From IMG/VR virus record IMGVR_UViG_3300025789_000020: a DNA stretch of 64,000 bases. One strand, written 5' to 3'. Below the pieces are notes generated by a model, which was not told the DNA's origin, did no database searches, and was given only the letters and a program-made list of their open reading frames with translations. A program made the translations under genes and the position numbers. Below are positions 1 to 10,792 of the stretch, in pieces. The number at the start of each line of letters is the position of its first letter. The stretch's first letter is position 1. This stretch comes from a virus.

Positions 1-3000
1 GGAACATACGACAGCAATGGTACATTCCCAGATTTAGATTTTCCTCAGTTTATTCAAACAGCCGACTACGTAACTACAATTGCATTTGACATTAACACGT
101 CAACATATTCTAGTACTGATGATGTGCAGATATTTGTTGAAGATCCGGTAACTCGTACACGCCCGTATGACTTTGGAACAGATGCTATTGAACGCCAACG
201 TACAGCTAACCCGCAATCAATGATTGATGCTGACTTTGAGTACGGACTACAACCTACCAAGTGGCAAGCTCTTGGAATAGCAAGAGGATATCCGTCAATT
301 TATGAATTGCCTGGAACAGATATTGCTGTTAGCACAGTCCAAACAGATGCATCAACAGGTACTAGTGGTGTTGGTGCAAGTTTAATTACTGTAACCACTG
401 TAAGTGCGCACGGACTAACAGTAGGTCAACCATTTACAATTTCAGCATTTGCTAACTCAGTAGCAGGTTTTGCTCGTGCAGAAGGATCATTTATTGTATT
501 TGCTACACCTACAATAACTACATTTACCTATTATGCTACATCAAAAGTAGGTGCAAACAACGGCGATGTTCTAAGTAGTACCTATACTCAATTACGCAAA
601 GGTCAATTTTATACTGGAGCTTCAATCGGATCTCCAACATTCAGTGTGTACTCAAATGGTACTACTGGTACAATAACTAGCAAATTTATTACATCCACAG
701 GCACTCAACAGATAGCATACACTGGAACATTACCACCAGCAGGTGTGCCAATAACTGGAACTGGAATACCATCTGGGGTTCAGGTTAGCGGTACCATAGG
801 ATCAGGTGGCTTAGTTACTACTGCCACTGTACTTACAGATACAAACATTGGTGATAACAACTTTACAGTTGTTGACCCAACTGGTATTATAGAAGGACTT
901 GGTATTGATAATGGTTCTGGAACTGCGGTGTTTGTCAACGCGGTAATCGGTAGCACAATTTATGTTAATAATCCGTTAACTACTGCAAGAATTGGGTCTG
1001 TGGCAACATTTACCAACGTAGGTGGAACTAATATTGTAGGTGTCGGTTCAGGTGCAGTATTTACAGTTACACGTACCTCTGGAGCATACGGATCAGTAAC
1101 TCCAACTACAGCTGGTACAGGATATGTTGTTGGTAAACAAATTATTATACTTGGTACAAGTTTAGGTGGGACTAGTCCTGCTAATGATATTACTGTAGTT
1201 GTTGCAACTATTGATGGCAGCGGCGGAGTAGCAACATTAACTTATAGTGGAACTAGTATCAGTGGTGAATTGTCATTTACCAATGTTGGACAAAGTAGTA
1301 CTACTGGTTCAGGTATAAATGCTAAATTTTCAATTAGCACCAGCGCAACAACTTATAATGTTTTAGAAAGTGCCATTGGTTCTGGTTATGTACTAAATGA
1401 AGTACTTACTATATTAGGTACAAGTTTAGGCGGAACTACTCCAGGAAATGATTTATCAATTACAGTTACTTCAATAAATGGCGCAGGCGCAATTACAAGT
1501 TTTTCATCATCCGGCGTTGCCATTAGTCCTAATGCAACATTTACTAATATAACTAGTACTAGTTCTGTAGGCACTGGCACAGGTGCTACATTTGACATTA
1601 CTAGAACTAGCGGAGTGTATTCAGCTGTACAAAATCAAACTGGTACTAATTATCAAATTGGCGATAGAATTAAAGTTTTAGGAACTGTACTCGACGGAGC
1701 TACAACTGCTAATGATGTGACAATTACTATTACTGCGGTCACAGGCACAGCAGTAGGCGGCTTTACAATATCAGGAACAGCTACTAGCGGATCTAGTGTT
1801 GCATTTTATTCTAGTGTTTCATTAAGTGATTTTACAACAGCAAATATTCCAGATAGTACTACACTAACTACAGCGGCAATTTCAAAGATTCAAATCGCAT
1901 TTGCTAGTAATCATGGACTTGTTCCTGGAACTAGTATGTTAATTAATATTAGTTCAACTGGTACTAATCACACATTTGCTAAAGGTCCATTCTTTGTTGA
2001 ACAAGTACCTACACCAACGACTATAATTTATACTGCTAGAACCGCAGGAGCAATTGACACTGGAACAACATTAATTGGTTCAGTATATGCTCGACCAAAC
2101 AGCTTCTTTACACACAGACCATTTGATGGCGGTGTACAATTAGGTACTGGCGGTCCGCAACACTCTGCGCAAGCAATTCGTATGAGTAAGAAATATATTC
2201 GTTATCAGTCTGGTAAAGGTATTATGTTTACTACAGGTGCATTGTTTGCACCTAGCTTTGATATTCAATCTTTAACGGCAACTGGGACAGCAGTTGGATC
2301 ATTTATTAGTTTAACAACAGATGATACTGACCACGGTTGTCAAACAGGCGGATATATTAAAATTGTTGGAGTTGATACTCCAGGTTACAACGGGACATAT
2401 ATTGTTGATAGCATAACTAGCGAACGTGTATTAGTCGTTAGAGCTATTACTGTATTAAGTAATGTCTATGCAACCATTACTACTAGTGCGCAAATGACTG
2501 TATTAAGATGGTCAGGCGCAACTGTACGTTCAGGAACATTTGATGACCAAAATGGATTATTTTGGCAGTACGATGGACAGTATCTAAGCGTTGTGAAACG
2601 ATCTAGTACATTTAAATTAGCTGGTACAGTTAATATTTCCCCTGACAGTAATCTAGTAACTGGATTGAATACTCGATTTAGAGATCAAACTAAAGCCGGC
2701 GATAGAATTACAATTAAAGGCATGACGCACGTAGTAACTAACGTACAGAGTCAGACTTCAATGACTGTTGCTCCTGACTATCGAGGTAACACTGCTTGCG
2801 TTTCTGGTAAAGCATGTTTGATAGTAGACACTATTGTACAACAGAGTCAATTTAATATGGATCGAATGGACGGCACAGGTCCTAGTGGATATAACGTTGA
2901 CATTGGTAAAATGCAGATGATTGGGCTACAATGGTCATGGTACGGCGCTGGATTTATTGACTTTATGATGCGAGGTAGTGATGGCAATTTTATTTTTGCG

Positions 3001-5505
3001 CACCGTATTCGTAACAGTAACGTAAACACCGAAGCTTATATGCGTACAGGTAACATGCCTGTGCGTTATGAAGTTATCAACGAAAGTGCTATAGGTAAAC
3101 TGGCCAGTAGTATTACTGCTTCACAAACAACAATCCCATTATTGGATGCTACTTACTTTCCAACTGGTGCTGGTCAAGTGTATATTGACAATGAACTGAT
3201 ATCATTTAGTGGAAAATCAGGCAATACATTAATTGGCTGTAATCGTGCAAGTGCTATGTTAAACTTTGTTGGCGGCGATAACAGAACTTTTACAGCTGGC
3301 CCTGCAACTACGCACGAAGTTAGTACTGGGGTCATATTAGTTAGTAATACAATTAGTCCAAACATTAGTCACTGGGGTAGTGCGTTTGTAACAGACGGCG
3401 GCTTTGACTTTGATCGAGGATATTTGTTCAGTTATGCTTCGACAGGTATTGCAGTGTCAACTACTGTAGCCACTGCGTTCTTAATGAGACTAGCACCTAG
3501 CGTTAGTGATGCTATTGTTGGAGACTTAGGCGATAGAGAGCTACTCAATCGTGCGCAGTTATTATTAAAACAGATTCGAGTTACATCTGACTCAGGAACT
3601 GGTGGTATCGTTATTCAAGGTATTATTAATCCTAGCAATTACCCAACTGACCCAGGATCCGTTACATGGGCTAGCTTGTCATCTCAGGCTGCTGGCGGAC
3701 AACCTAGTTTTACTCAAGTAGCACCAGGTGGTTCTGTTAACTGGGCAGGTGGTGGATCAACTACTACTAGTACGGCTACTGTAATATCAGCACCAACCGG
3801 TAATGTAACTATGCCATCTAGTGCATTGTTTAATCAAACTATTGGATCATATACGGTGTACGTGTCTAAAACTAGTTGGGATACATTAGGAGCGCAAGCT
3901 GGTTATTCTTTATCATCAGCTGAAGCTAAATTTCCATCTGGTACAACAATATCTACAGTGGTTGCAAACCCAAGCTCAATCGCTACAACATTGACTCAAA
4001 TTACTGGCTCGGCAACAATACCTACTAGTGCATATTTTAAAACAGCAGTTGGAGCAACAACCATAGCAATGCTACAAACTAGTTGGACAACCTTAGGCGG
4101 TAGTGTTGGAGTTGGCGTTTACAGTTCAGATTTTCCAGCTAATACAACTGTAACAGGTGTCACTGGTCCGTTTAGCTCGGCTGGATATTCTTATTACAAC
4201 GTAGCGTTTAGTGCTGGCGCTTCAACAGCTCATAATCCGGTAGTAACTACGTTAACAATTACTTCAATAGTTTATTCTAATCCAACAGTGACATTTGGAT
4301 TTACCGCACAAACTTATACACCTTACAGTAACGGCGATAGTATTACTGTATCAGGACTAACAGGTACTGCGGCAGGTTATAATGGTACGTACACGGTAGT
4401 ATCTTGTTCTACAACAACAGTACAAGTAAATCAAGCAACTAACTATGGTACTACTGTAGCTGGCACACCTCGAGTTGTTAACAATAATAGTCTAAGTACA
4501 ATTACATTTGCAGTAGGCGGCACAGCCGCAAGTACAACTAGTACATTGATTTTTACGCAGGCTTCGTGGAATTCACTACCAATCGGTACAGCAGTTGTTG
4601 GCAACACAGTTAACGATCCGTTTAAACTTTCTGCCGGTACTGTAATTAGTACAATTAGTAATATTCAAACATTTAATAACGTTAGCTACTACACAGTAAC
4701 ATTTAGTAATCCATTATTGATAAATGTACCCGGTGGAACTGCTGTAACATTTACCTACATACCTTACTATACGTTAACTATGAGTAAACCATCAAGCGTT
4801 GCAGTTACCTATGCTACAGCATCAAGTTGTAGTTTTTCAGGAACTACATTAACTTTAGGTGGAACTGTTGTGGGCACGTTCTCAATAGGAATGACATTAA
4901 CAGGTTCTGGGGTTTCAACTGGCGCAGTTATAACTGCAGGTAGCGGAACAACTTGGACTGTATCGCCAAGTCAGTCTACACTGTCAGGGGTTGCAATTAC
5001 AGCTACTCCATATTTGTCAGTAACACCTGCAATTGTGTCATCAACATCAAGTTTCCAATACTTTTCTCAAACTACTTGGGAAACATTAGTTGCAAGTTAT
5101 GGTGCAACTGTTGGTACACTAGTTGTAACCCCTACATACTTTCCAGCTAACACTACTATATCAAGTGTAAGCTCATTAAGTTCATTTGGTGGTACTAATT
5201 ATTATAGACTTAACTTTACACAGAGTGCGTTAAGTACTATACCAAACAGCACTGCAATTACATTCTCCTTTGGTTTACCGGCATATGCACAGCCGGGAGA
5301 AACAGTATTTCAGTACATTGCGGCGCCTGGTACAGAAGCGGTGTTAGATTTAAATGAATTGAAAGAATTAACTAATACTACGTTAGGCGGTAGAGGATGT
5401 TTCCCAAATGGTCCAGACGTTCTATGTATTAACTTGTATCGACCATCAGGTTCTGGAACTATTAATGCCAACGTGTTAATACGTTGGGGTGAAGCACAGG
5501 CTTAA
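1..5505 (+). CDS. Very large Gly/Thr/Ser-rich virion structural protein (tail fibre/adhesin-like), 5'-truncated by the window
   Basis: Frame is open from base 1 (GTYDSNGTFPDLDF...), so the GTG at 124 is not the true start; internal repeated beta-rich modules; adjacent to neck/tail genes. Confidence 0.7.
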   Translation, partial: GTYDSNGTFPDLDFPQFIQTADYVTTIAFDINTSTYSSTDDVQIFVEDPVTRTRPYDFGTDAIERQRTANPQSMIDADFEYGLQPTKWQALGIARGYPSIYELPGTDIAVSTVQTDASTGTSGVGASLITVTTVSAHGLTVGQPFTISAFANSVAGFARAEGSFIVFATPTITTFTYYATSKVGANNGDVLSSTYTQLRKGQFYTGASIGSPTFSVYSNGTTGTITSKFITSTGTQQIAYTGTLPPAGVPITGTGIPSGVQVSGTIGSGGLVTTATVLTDTNIGDNNFTVVDPTGIIEGLGIDNGSGTAVFVNAVIGSTIYVNNPLTTARIGSVATFTNVGGTNIVGVGSGAVFTVTRTSGAYGSVTPTTAGTGYVVGKQIIILGTSLGGTSPANDITVVVATIDGSGGVATLTYSGTSISGELSFTNVGQSSTTGSGINAKFSISTSATTYNVLESAIGSGYVLNEVLTILGTSLGGTTPGNDLSITVTSINGAGAITSFSSSGVAISPNATFTNITSTSSVGTGTGATFDITRTSGVYSAVQNQTGTNYQIGDRIKVLGTVLDGATTANDVTITITAVTGTAVGGFTISGTATSGSSVAFYSSVSLSDFTTANIPDSTTLTTAAISKIQIAFASNHGLVPGTSMLINISSTGTNHTFAKGPFFVEQVPTPTTIIYTARTAGAIDTGTTLIGSVYARPNSFFTHRPFDGGVQLGTGGPQHSAQAIRMSKKYIRYQSGKGIMFTTGALFAPSFDIQSLTATGTAVGSFISLTTDDTDHGCQTGGYIKIVGVDTPGYNGTYIVDSITSERVLVVRAITVLSNVYATITTSAQMTVLRWSGATVRSGTFDDQNGLFWQYDGQYLSVVKRSSTFKLAGTVNISPDSNLVTGLNTRFRDQTKAGDRITIKGMTHVVTNVQSQTSMTVAPDYRGNTACVSGKACLIVDTIVQQSQFNMDRMDGTGPSGYNVDIGKMQMIGLQWSWYGAGFIDFMMRGSDGNFIFAHRIRNSNVNTEAYMRTGNMPVRYEVINESAIGKLASSITASQTTIPLLDATYFPTGAGQVYIDNELISFSGKSGNTLIGCNRASAMLNFVGGDNRTFTAGPATTHEVSTGVILVSNTISPNISHWGSAFVTDGGFDFDRGYLFSYASTGIAVSTTVATAFLMRLAPSVSDAIVGDLGDRELLNRAQLLLKQIRVTSDSGTGGIVIQGIINPSNYPTDPGSVTWASLSSQAAGGQPSFTQVAPGGSVNWAGGGSTTTSTATVISAPTGNVTMPSSALFNQTIGSYTVYVSKTSWDTLGAQAGYSLSSAEAKFPSGTTISTVVANPSSIATTLTQITGSATIPTSAYFKTAVGATTIAMLQTSWTTLGGSVGVGVYSSDFPANTTVTGVTGPFSSAGYSYYNVAFSAGASTAHNPVVTTLTITSIVYSNPTVTFGFTAQTYTPYSNGDSITVSGLTGTAAGYNGTYTVVSCSTTTVQVNQATNYGTTVAGTPRVVNNNSLSTITFAVGGTAASTTSTLIFTQASWNSLPIGTAVVGNTVNDPFKLSAGTVISTISNIQTFNNVSYYTVTFSNPLLINVPGGTAVTFTYIPYYTLTMSKPSSVAVTYATASSCSFSGTTLTLGGTVVGTFSIGMTLTGSGVSTGAVITAGSGTTWTVSPSQSTLSGVAITATPYLSVTPAIVSSTSSFQYFSQTTWETLVASYGATVGTLVVTPTYFPANTTISSVSSLSSFGGTNYYRLNFTQSALSTIPNSTAITFSFGLPAYAQPGETVFQYIAAPGTEAVLDLNELKELTNTTLGGRGCFPNGPDVLCINLYRPSGSGTINANVLIRWGEAQA

Positions 5506-5951
5506 ATTAAAGCTATCAAATCAAAAACTGTTTGCAACTTTGTTCGAATGGTCTTATTTGAAAAACTATTTCTTAAACCTTGATGTAAGGGCTTAGGTGC
5601 ATGGTCAATTCCAGACCATGCCCAAGCACAGTGCTCATCACTTAATGTAGGAATAAACTCATCTTCAATTACACACAAATACGTGTGGAAATTAAACACA
5701 TTATCATTTGATACAAATGTTTCTAGAGGAATTGTTTTAATAATAGGAGGCATATGTCCTATTTCTTCTTGGACTTCTCGTTGTAGTCCCTGCCATGGGG
5801 TTTCACCGCTAACTGTTGTACCGCCTACTAGTCCCCATGTACCAGTATGCTTGCCGTGAGCTTTTTGTAAGAGTAAAAAACGTCGTGTAGATTTAGCATA
5901 TAGTAGTGCTCCGCTACATACAATCTGTTCTTTTATAGTTCTATTCTCCAT
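5502..5951 (-). CDS. NUDIX hydrolase
   Basis: Nudix box-like GGTTVSGETPWQGLQREVQEEIG. Confidence 0.9.
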   Translation of the reverse strand: MENRTIKEQIVCSGALLYAKSTRRFLLLQKAHGKHTGTWGLVGGTTVSGETPWQGLQREVQEEIGHMPPIIKTIPLETFVSNDNVFNFHTYLCVIEDEFIPTLSDEHCAWAWSGIDHAPKPLHQGLRNSFSNKTIRTKLQTVFDLIALI

Positions 5952-7423
5952 GATCCTGGCCCGTAATCACCTTCAAAGCTCTTGACCCAGGAAACTCCGT
6001 TCCATAAGTATTGAACTCCAGTGTATATATTCGTCTGCCATATCATGGTGTTGCTTTCCTGAGTGCTGTGAAATATAACGTTCCATACAGATCCTGTATA
6101 TTCAATGATATCATTAGTATTAGCAATTAATGGACCCCATGCACTAGCATAGGTACTGTCAGTATTGTTTATTGCTGACCCAATGTCTTCTATAATTAAA
6201 AATCTTGTTCCTGCCGCAATTGCTTGATCTGTTTCTTCAGTACCAGTTGGACGTTTAGGATTATATGTTTGTGGATTTACAATGGCGTCGATAGTACCAG
6301 GACTTCTTGCTCGATAACTGCCTGCTCCGTTATACTGTTGATCAGTATCTAATAATCCAGTGCTATCAATGCCAGTATTAGTTACTAGCGTATCTACGTT
6401 CCAATTAACATGTAAAATAGAATGATCTAGAGGGTCAACTGCGATAGTTCCAATTACATCAGTGCCATTAGGTTGTGTTAAAAATATTCTACTCGACCCA
6501 GCAGTATATTGTCCTGGGTATAAATTAAAAATACTATCCCAGTTAATTGCAGGTCCATTACGGATTGCAATATCTAAAGTAGGTTCTCGAGGTATAACAT
6601 TTTCAGTTGGCGTCATTAAGTACGCTTTACCGGCATATACTTGTATTTGATAATCGGTAATGGTTATAACATCTCTAGTAAGAATATTTGACAAAGTAAC
6701 ATCAGGATCTGCAAGATCATTGCCCAGCCCTTCGATGTAACCGGTATTAGCAACTGATGATCCAGAATACATACTGGTAATAATTTTTGTGATAACTCCT
6801 AGGTGTTTAACTTTAGCTGGAGGACTAATCCATATTGGAGTTTCTAAAGTTAGAGTGCCAATCTCAATAGGTGTATCAGTGCCTACTGGAACAGTTCTAC
6901 TTGACCATGAAATGTCATTTAAATTTAATACAGTTAAGCTAGTCCAATCTACAAAATTGTCAGTAGTCTGTAACTCTAAACTAGGATTAAACAATACTAA
7001 TACTTGCTCTAGAATTTGTAATTTTTGTTCAGTACTTGAACTCCATATATCTACTTTCATAGTAAGTTTAAACGGAGTTGGCATTATGCGCTCAACTGTA
7101 TAGTTTCTACCTGAAGTTTGATTATATGCACCACTGTCATCAATACCGCGTTCTCTAACATTTACCTTGCCAATGTATGTACTATCACTTAGACGATCTC
7201 TGTCTAAAGCTAGTGCTGTAACATATACTGAAATGCGAGGTACAGAATTTACTTTATTCTCGCTGTTGTTACGTATAATACTAGCCACTTGTCGATCAGC
7301 ATCTCCATACATAACTGGAATACGATGCAAACTTCCATCACCGTATCGCACTACAAAATTGCTGAATACACGCACTACTTGTGTAATGTATCGTCTGATT
7401 TGACCATCATAGAAGAACTGCAT
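5933..7423 (-). CDS. Tail completion / sheath stabilizer, T4 gp15-like, with C-terminal extension
   Basis: N-terminal FFYDGQIRRY...F...IPVMYG, PRISV, QILEQVLVLFNP pattern typical of gp15-like proteins; next to neck genes. Confidence 0.7.
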   Translation of the reverse strand: MQFFYDGQIRRYITQVVRVFSNFVVRYGDGSLHRIPVMYGDADRQVASIIRNNSENKVNSVPRISVYVTALALDRDRLSDSTYIGKVNVRERGIDDSGAYNQTSGRNYTVERIMPTPFKLTMKVDIWSSSTEQKLQILEQVLVLFNPSLELQTTDNFVDWTSLTVLNLNDISWSSRTVPVGTDTPIEIGTLTLETPIWISPPAKVKHLGVITKIITSMYSGSSVANTGYIEGLGNDLADPDVTLSNILTRDVITITDYQIQVYAGKAYLMTPTENVIPREPTLDIAIRNGPAINWDSIFNLYPGQYTAGSSRIFLTQPNGTDVIGTIAVDPLDHSILHVNWNVDTLVTNTGIDSTGLLDTDQQYNGAGSYRARSPGTIDAIVNPQTYNPKRPTGTEETDQAIAAGTRFLIIEDIGSAINNTDSTYASAWGPLIANTNDIIEYTGSVWNVIFHSTQESNTMIWQTNIYTGVQYLWNGVSWVKSFEGDYGPGSWRIEL

Positions 7424-8853
7424 TATAGATCCGCCTTTGGTTTAAGAGCATTTGACAAACTTTGTCGTTGTTCTTCTCTATAGTTGTACAAAGTAATAGT
7501 CCAAGATCCATCAGCTGGTAATACTTGTTGTACACTGTTTATTATAGGTAGTGTTATTCTTAAGCACGAACTCATTACACCAATAGGACTAGTATAGTTG
7601 TATGAACTTATCATTGACGGATAGTCAGCTAATGCGTAATCAACGATTGTTGTATTTTGTTTTAGTACAATATACAAGGCAGTTGTATAACTAATTCTTG
7701 TATTGATTACAGATGTTCCTTGGGTAAGTGTTAAAATATCCACAGCAACTTCTTCGTTGTATGTATAAGTTGTATTGTTAATAAACCCAGTTTTTAAAGT
7801 ACTTCTAGTATCATTATTAGTCATGTTCATTCTAACGGCATCTTCAACCATTACCCATCGGGTGTTGTCAAAGCGGTACAGTCTATTAGGTAAAAAATCT
7901 GTTCGTAAAAAGAAATCATTGGTTGCCGGAGCCGCCGGGAATTGAATGCCATGACCAAATTGATATCCGTTAACTGGATATCCGTCTCCGACTAAGTATC
8001 CGCTATACCCAGATCTTACTGGAACACCGTCAACATCACCTGCATTTAAATTAGTATCACTGGCAAGGTTAGGACTTTCTGTAGTTTCTAAAACAGGTTT
8101 ACCATTACTGTCAACAGCCAAACTCCAGAATTGTCTAGTTTCGTATCCACTCTTCGGAGCATCTGCTTCAGCTTGAGCAACTACTGCATCGTTAATTTGC
8201 AATTCTTGATTACGAGTACTTAATAAATCTCTTAGTGTAGTATCTAAAACAGGATCGCCATTAGAATCTAATGCCGGTTGATTTAGTATGTCGGCAAACT
8301 GTTGACTGTCAGTTACTTTTTTGCATTTCAATCTGTACAAATGCGGGAACCAAGTTACTGAAAATCCTTCACTAGCACGACCTACATCTTCAATTACATA
8401 GTATCTAGGCAAGCTAAAGTCAAAATCATTAAGAGCAAAGTCATCACGTAGGTGTGGGAGTTCAAACACATCACCACTTATAGGTTTACGTCCGATAGTA
8501 TTGATAATATCATTGATATGCACAGTTAGATAAATTGTATCATTATCAATAAAAAGACCAAATTGACTTAGATTAAAATCAATATTTGCAACATTATACA
8601 TACCTCGAAGTCTATAAATCTCAGTGTCATATTTTCTATCGCGATTTTCTAAAAACAATAAATCTTGAATATTTGTTGGACTTAATGCACCGTAAACTGG
8701 TTGATCAGCAGTCCCTGAGGTTTTAAGTGTTGGCCCCATATATTTGTGCAAATACACATCTGTACCGCCAGCTTGAAACATCTCGCTAGCTTGGCGATCA
8801 ATGAACTTATAGTCATTGCCTTTTTCTGGTTTATATAGACTTAATCTTGGCAT
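7423..8853 (-). CDS. Neck / head-closure protein, T4 gp14-like, extended
   Basis: Likely start MPRLSLYKPEK at 8853 after a TAAATA box; LSQFGL...GDVFELP pattern; divergent from gp13-like gene. Confidence 0.6.
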   Translation of the reverse strand: MPRLSLYKPEKGNDYKFIDRQASEMFQAGGTDVYLHKYMGPTLKTSGTADQPVYGALSPTNIQDLLFLENRDRKYDTEIYRLRGMYNVANIDFNLSQFGLFIDNDTIYLTVHINDIINTIGRKPISGDVFELPHLRDDFALNDFDFSLPRYYVIEDVGRASEGFSVTWFPHLYRLKCKKVTDSQQFADILNQPALDSNGDPVLDTTLRDLLSTRNQELQINDAVVAQAEADAPKSGYETRQFWSLAVDSNGKPVLETTESPNLASDTNLNAGDVDGVPVRSGYSGYLVGDGYPVNGYQFGHGIQFPAAPATNDFFLRTDFLPNRLYRFDNTRWVMVEDAVRMNMTNNDTRSTLKTGFINNTTYTYNEEVAVDILTLTQGTSVINTRISYTTALYIVLKQNTTIVDYALADYPSMISSYNYTSPIGVMSSCLRITLPIINSVQQVLPADGSWTITLYNYREEQRQSLSNALKPKADL

Positions 8854-8897
8854 AGTAACATATTTATCGATAGCTAAATATACTAGGAGAGTAAAAT

Positions 8898-9683
8898 ATG
8901 GACGATTTACCATCAAGTACGCAGAGCAATTCTACTATAGAACGAAATAAGGTTTTTGAATACATAAAAACCATGCTTGGTGACGGCATGATTGATGTTG
9001 AGCTTGACCCTAAGCACTATGAAAATGCGCTAGATCGTGCATTAATTCGTTATCGCCAAAAAAGCTCAAACGCTGTAGAAGAAAGTTATAGCTTTCTAGA
9101 ACTTATACAGGATCAAAATGAATACAGATTACCTGATGAAATTATCACAGTCCGTCAAGTTTTTCGTAGAGCTATTGGCTCAAGAACTGGTATGGGTGCA
9201 GGTGGTACTTTATTTGAGCCGTTTAACCTAGCATACACAAACACCTATTTGATGTCAGGTAGCATGATGGGTGGCCTAGCAACATATGACATGTTTGCAG
9301 GATATCAAAAGTTAGTAGGACGTATGTTCGGTAGTTATATAGAATTTAACTGGAAACCAACTACTCACATTTTAAATATTTTACAACGTCCGTTTGCACA
9401 AGGCGAGCAGATCCTAATTCAAAGTTACAATTTCCGTCCAGACTGGGTATTGCTACAAGATATCTATGCCAAACAATGGCTTAAAGATTATGCCTTAGCT
9501 ACTGCTAAAATGTCTCTAGGACAAGCACGTAGCAAGTTTGGTAGTATTGCTGGCCCTGGATCACCTATTACGCTTAATGGTACTGCATTAATTGGTGAAG
9601 CTAAAGAAGAACTAGTAAACTTAGATAAAGAATTAGATAACTTAACAGCAGGCGGCACCGGGTATTACTTTATAATTGGTTAA
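8898..9683 (+). CDS. Neck protein, T4 gp13-like
   Basis: YIKTMLG...IDVELD, WLKDYALATAK...LG..RSKF..I.GP...ITLNG motifs; AGGAG RBS. Confidence 0.8.
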   Translation: MDDLPSSTQSNSTIERNKVFEYIKTMLGDGMIDVELDPKHYENALDRALIRYRQKSSNAVEESYSFLELIQDQNEYRLPDEIITVRQVFRRAIGSRTGMGAGGTLFEPFNLAYTNTYLMSGSMMGGLATYDMFAGYQKLVGRMFGSYIEFNWKPTTHILNILQRPFAQGEQILIQSYNFRPDWVLLQDIYAKQWLKDYALATAKMSLGQARSKFGSIAGPGSPITLNGTALIGEAKEELVNLDKELDNLTAGGTGYYFIIG

Positions 9684-9740
9684 AAATATTTTGACCTTGT
9701 AACAAAACTGTTATATAATAGCATATCGTTAGGAGATGCT

Positions 9741-10397
9741 ATGATTATAGGTGTGTGCGGTTTTATTGGTTCTGGCAAAGATACTATTGCCGATTATCTT
9801 ACTAACTTTCATGGATACCGACGAGAGTCATTTGCTAACAGTTTAAAAGACGCCGTTAGTGCAGTATTTGGCTGGGATCGCACTATGCTAGAAGGTCGTA
9901 CAACACAAGCTCGAGCATGGCGAGAAGAAGTTGATGCTTGGTGGGCAGAACGCTTGAACATGCCTAATCTAACTCCACGCTACATCTTACAATACTGGGG
10001 TACAGAAGTATGCCGTAATGGATTCCACGATGATATGTGGATTGCCAGCTTAGAGAATAAACTACGCACTAGCAAAGACGATATTGTTATTAGCGACTGC
10101 CGATTTCCTAATGAAATTAAAAGTATTCGAGATGCAGGCGGCATTGTTATTCGTGTAAAACGTGGTGCTGAACCTGAATGGTATCGAGATGCCGCTGATA
10201 TGAACGCCGGCGATAAATGCATGAATTGGATGTTGGCTAAAACTCGTATGGAAAAACTAGGAATTCATGCTAGTGAAACAGCATGGGTTGGAACCAAGTT
10301 TGACTATGTATTAGAAAATAACAGTACTATTGACGATTTGTATACACAGGTATTGTCAGTTATAGGTCAGGGACAAGATCTCCCTGTCTCCACTTAA
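9741..10397 (+). CDS. Deoxynucleoside monophosphate kinase (T4 gp1-like)
   Basis: P-loop GFIGSGKDT, SFANSLKD, PRYILQYWGTE, ISDCRFPNE, HASE. Confidence 0.9.
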   Translation: MIIGVCGFIGSGKDTIADYLTNFHGYRRESFANSLKDAVSAVFGWDRTMLEGRTTQARAWREEVDAWWAERLNMPNLTPRYILQYWGTEVCRNGFHDDMWIASLENKLRTSKDDIVISDCRFPNEIKSIRDAGGIVIRVKRGAEPEWYRDAADMNAGDKCMNWMLAKTRMEKLGIHASETAWVGTKFDYVLENNSTIDDLYTQVLSVIGQGQDLPVST

Positions 10398-10686
10398 CTC
10401 CTTCTTTGTGTAGGACTCGTGTGCAGTTAGCACAAACTGTTTTTAAATTTGTATGACGGCAATTGTTTAGATCCCCGTCCACGTGAAACACTGAAAACAC
10501 ATCGGCATGCGGGCTTCTAAACCCGCATTTATCACACGCTGATTTCATTCTATAACCACTAGTAAACCACCGTGGTAGCTTAACTCCTCTATTACATGCA
10601 CCGCATTGGCTTCTGTAATAGGGATTTCCATTTTTATAGTAGTTAACAGCAACAGGGTTGCGCCCGCACGAACATAAAGGTCTCAT
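10360..10686 (-). CDS. Small Cys-rich HNH-like protein
   Basis: CDKCG...FHVDGDLNN...NLKTVCANC resembles HNH nuclease fold; TAAATA box just upstream. Confidence 0.65.
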   Translation of the reverse strand: MRPLCSCGRNPVAVNYYKNGNPYYRSQCGACNRGVKLPRWFTSGYRMKSACDKCGFRSPHADVFSVFHVDGDLNNCRHTNLKTVCANCTRVLHKEGVKWRQGDLVPDL

Positions 10687-10792
10687 ATTTTATTTAAGCC
10701 TTTTTACAGCCTTTTCAAATAGGTGTATTAGCTATAAATTATCCAAAACCACTAAATACATACAAGAACATGTACTCATTGGAGATAAAAAT

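Noticed and set aside
1-5505. Diversity-generating retroelement target in the fibre gene
   Set aside because: No reverse transcriptase and no template/variable repeat pair differing at adenines seen
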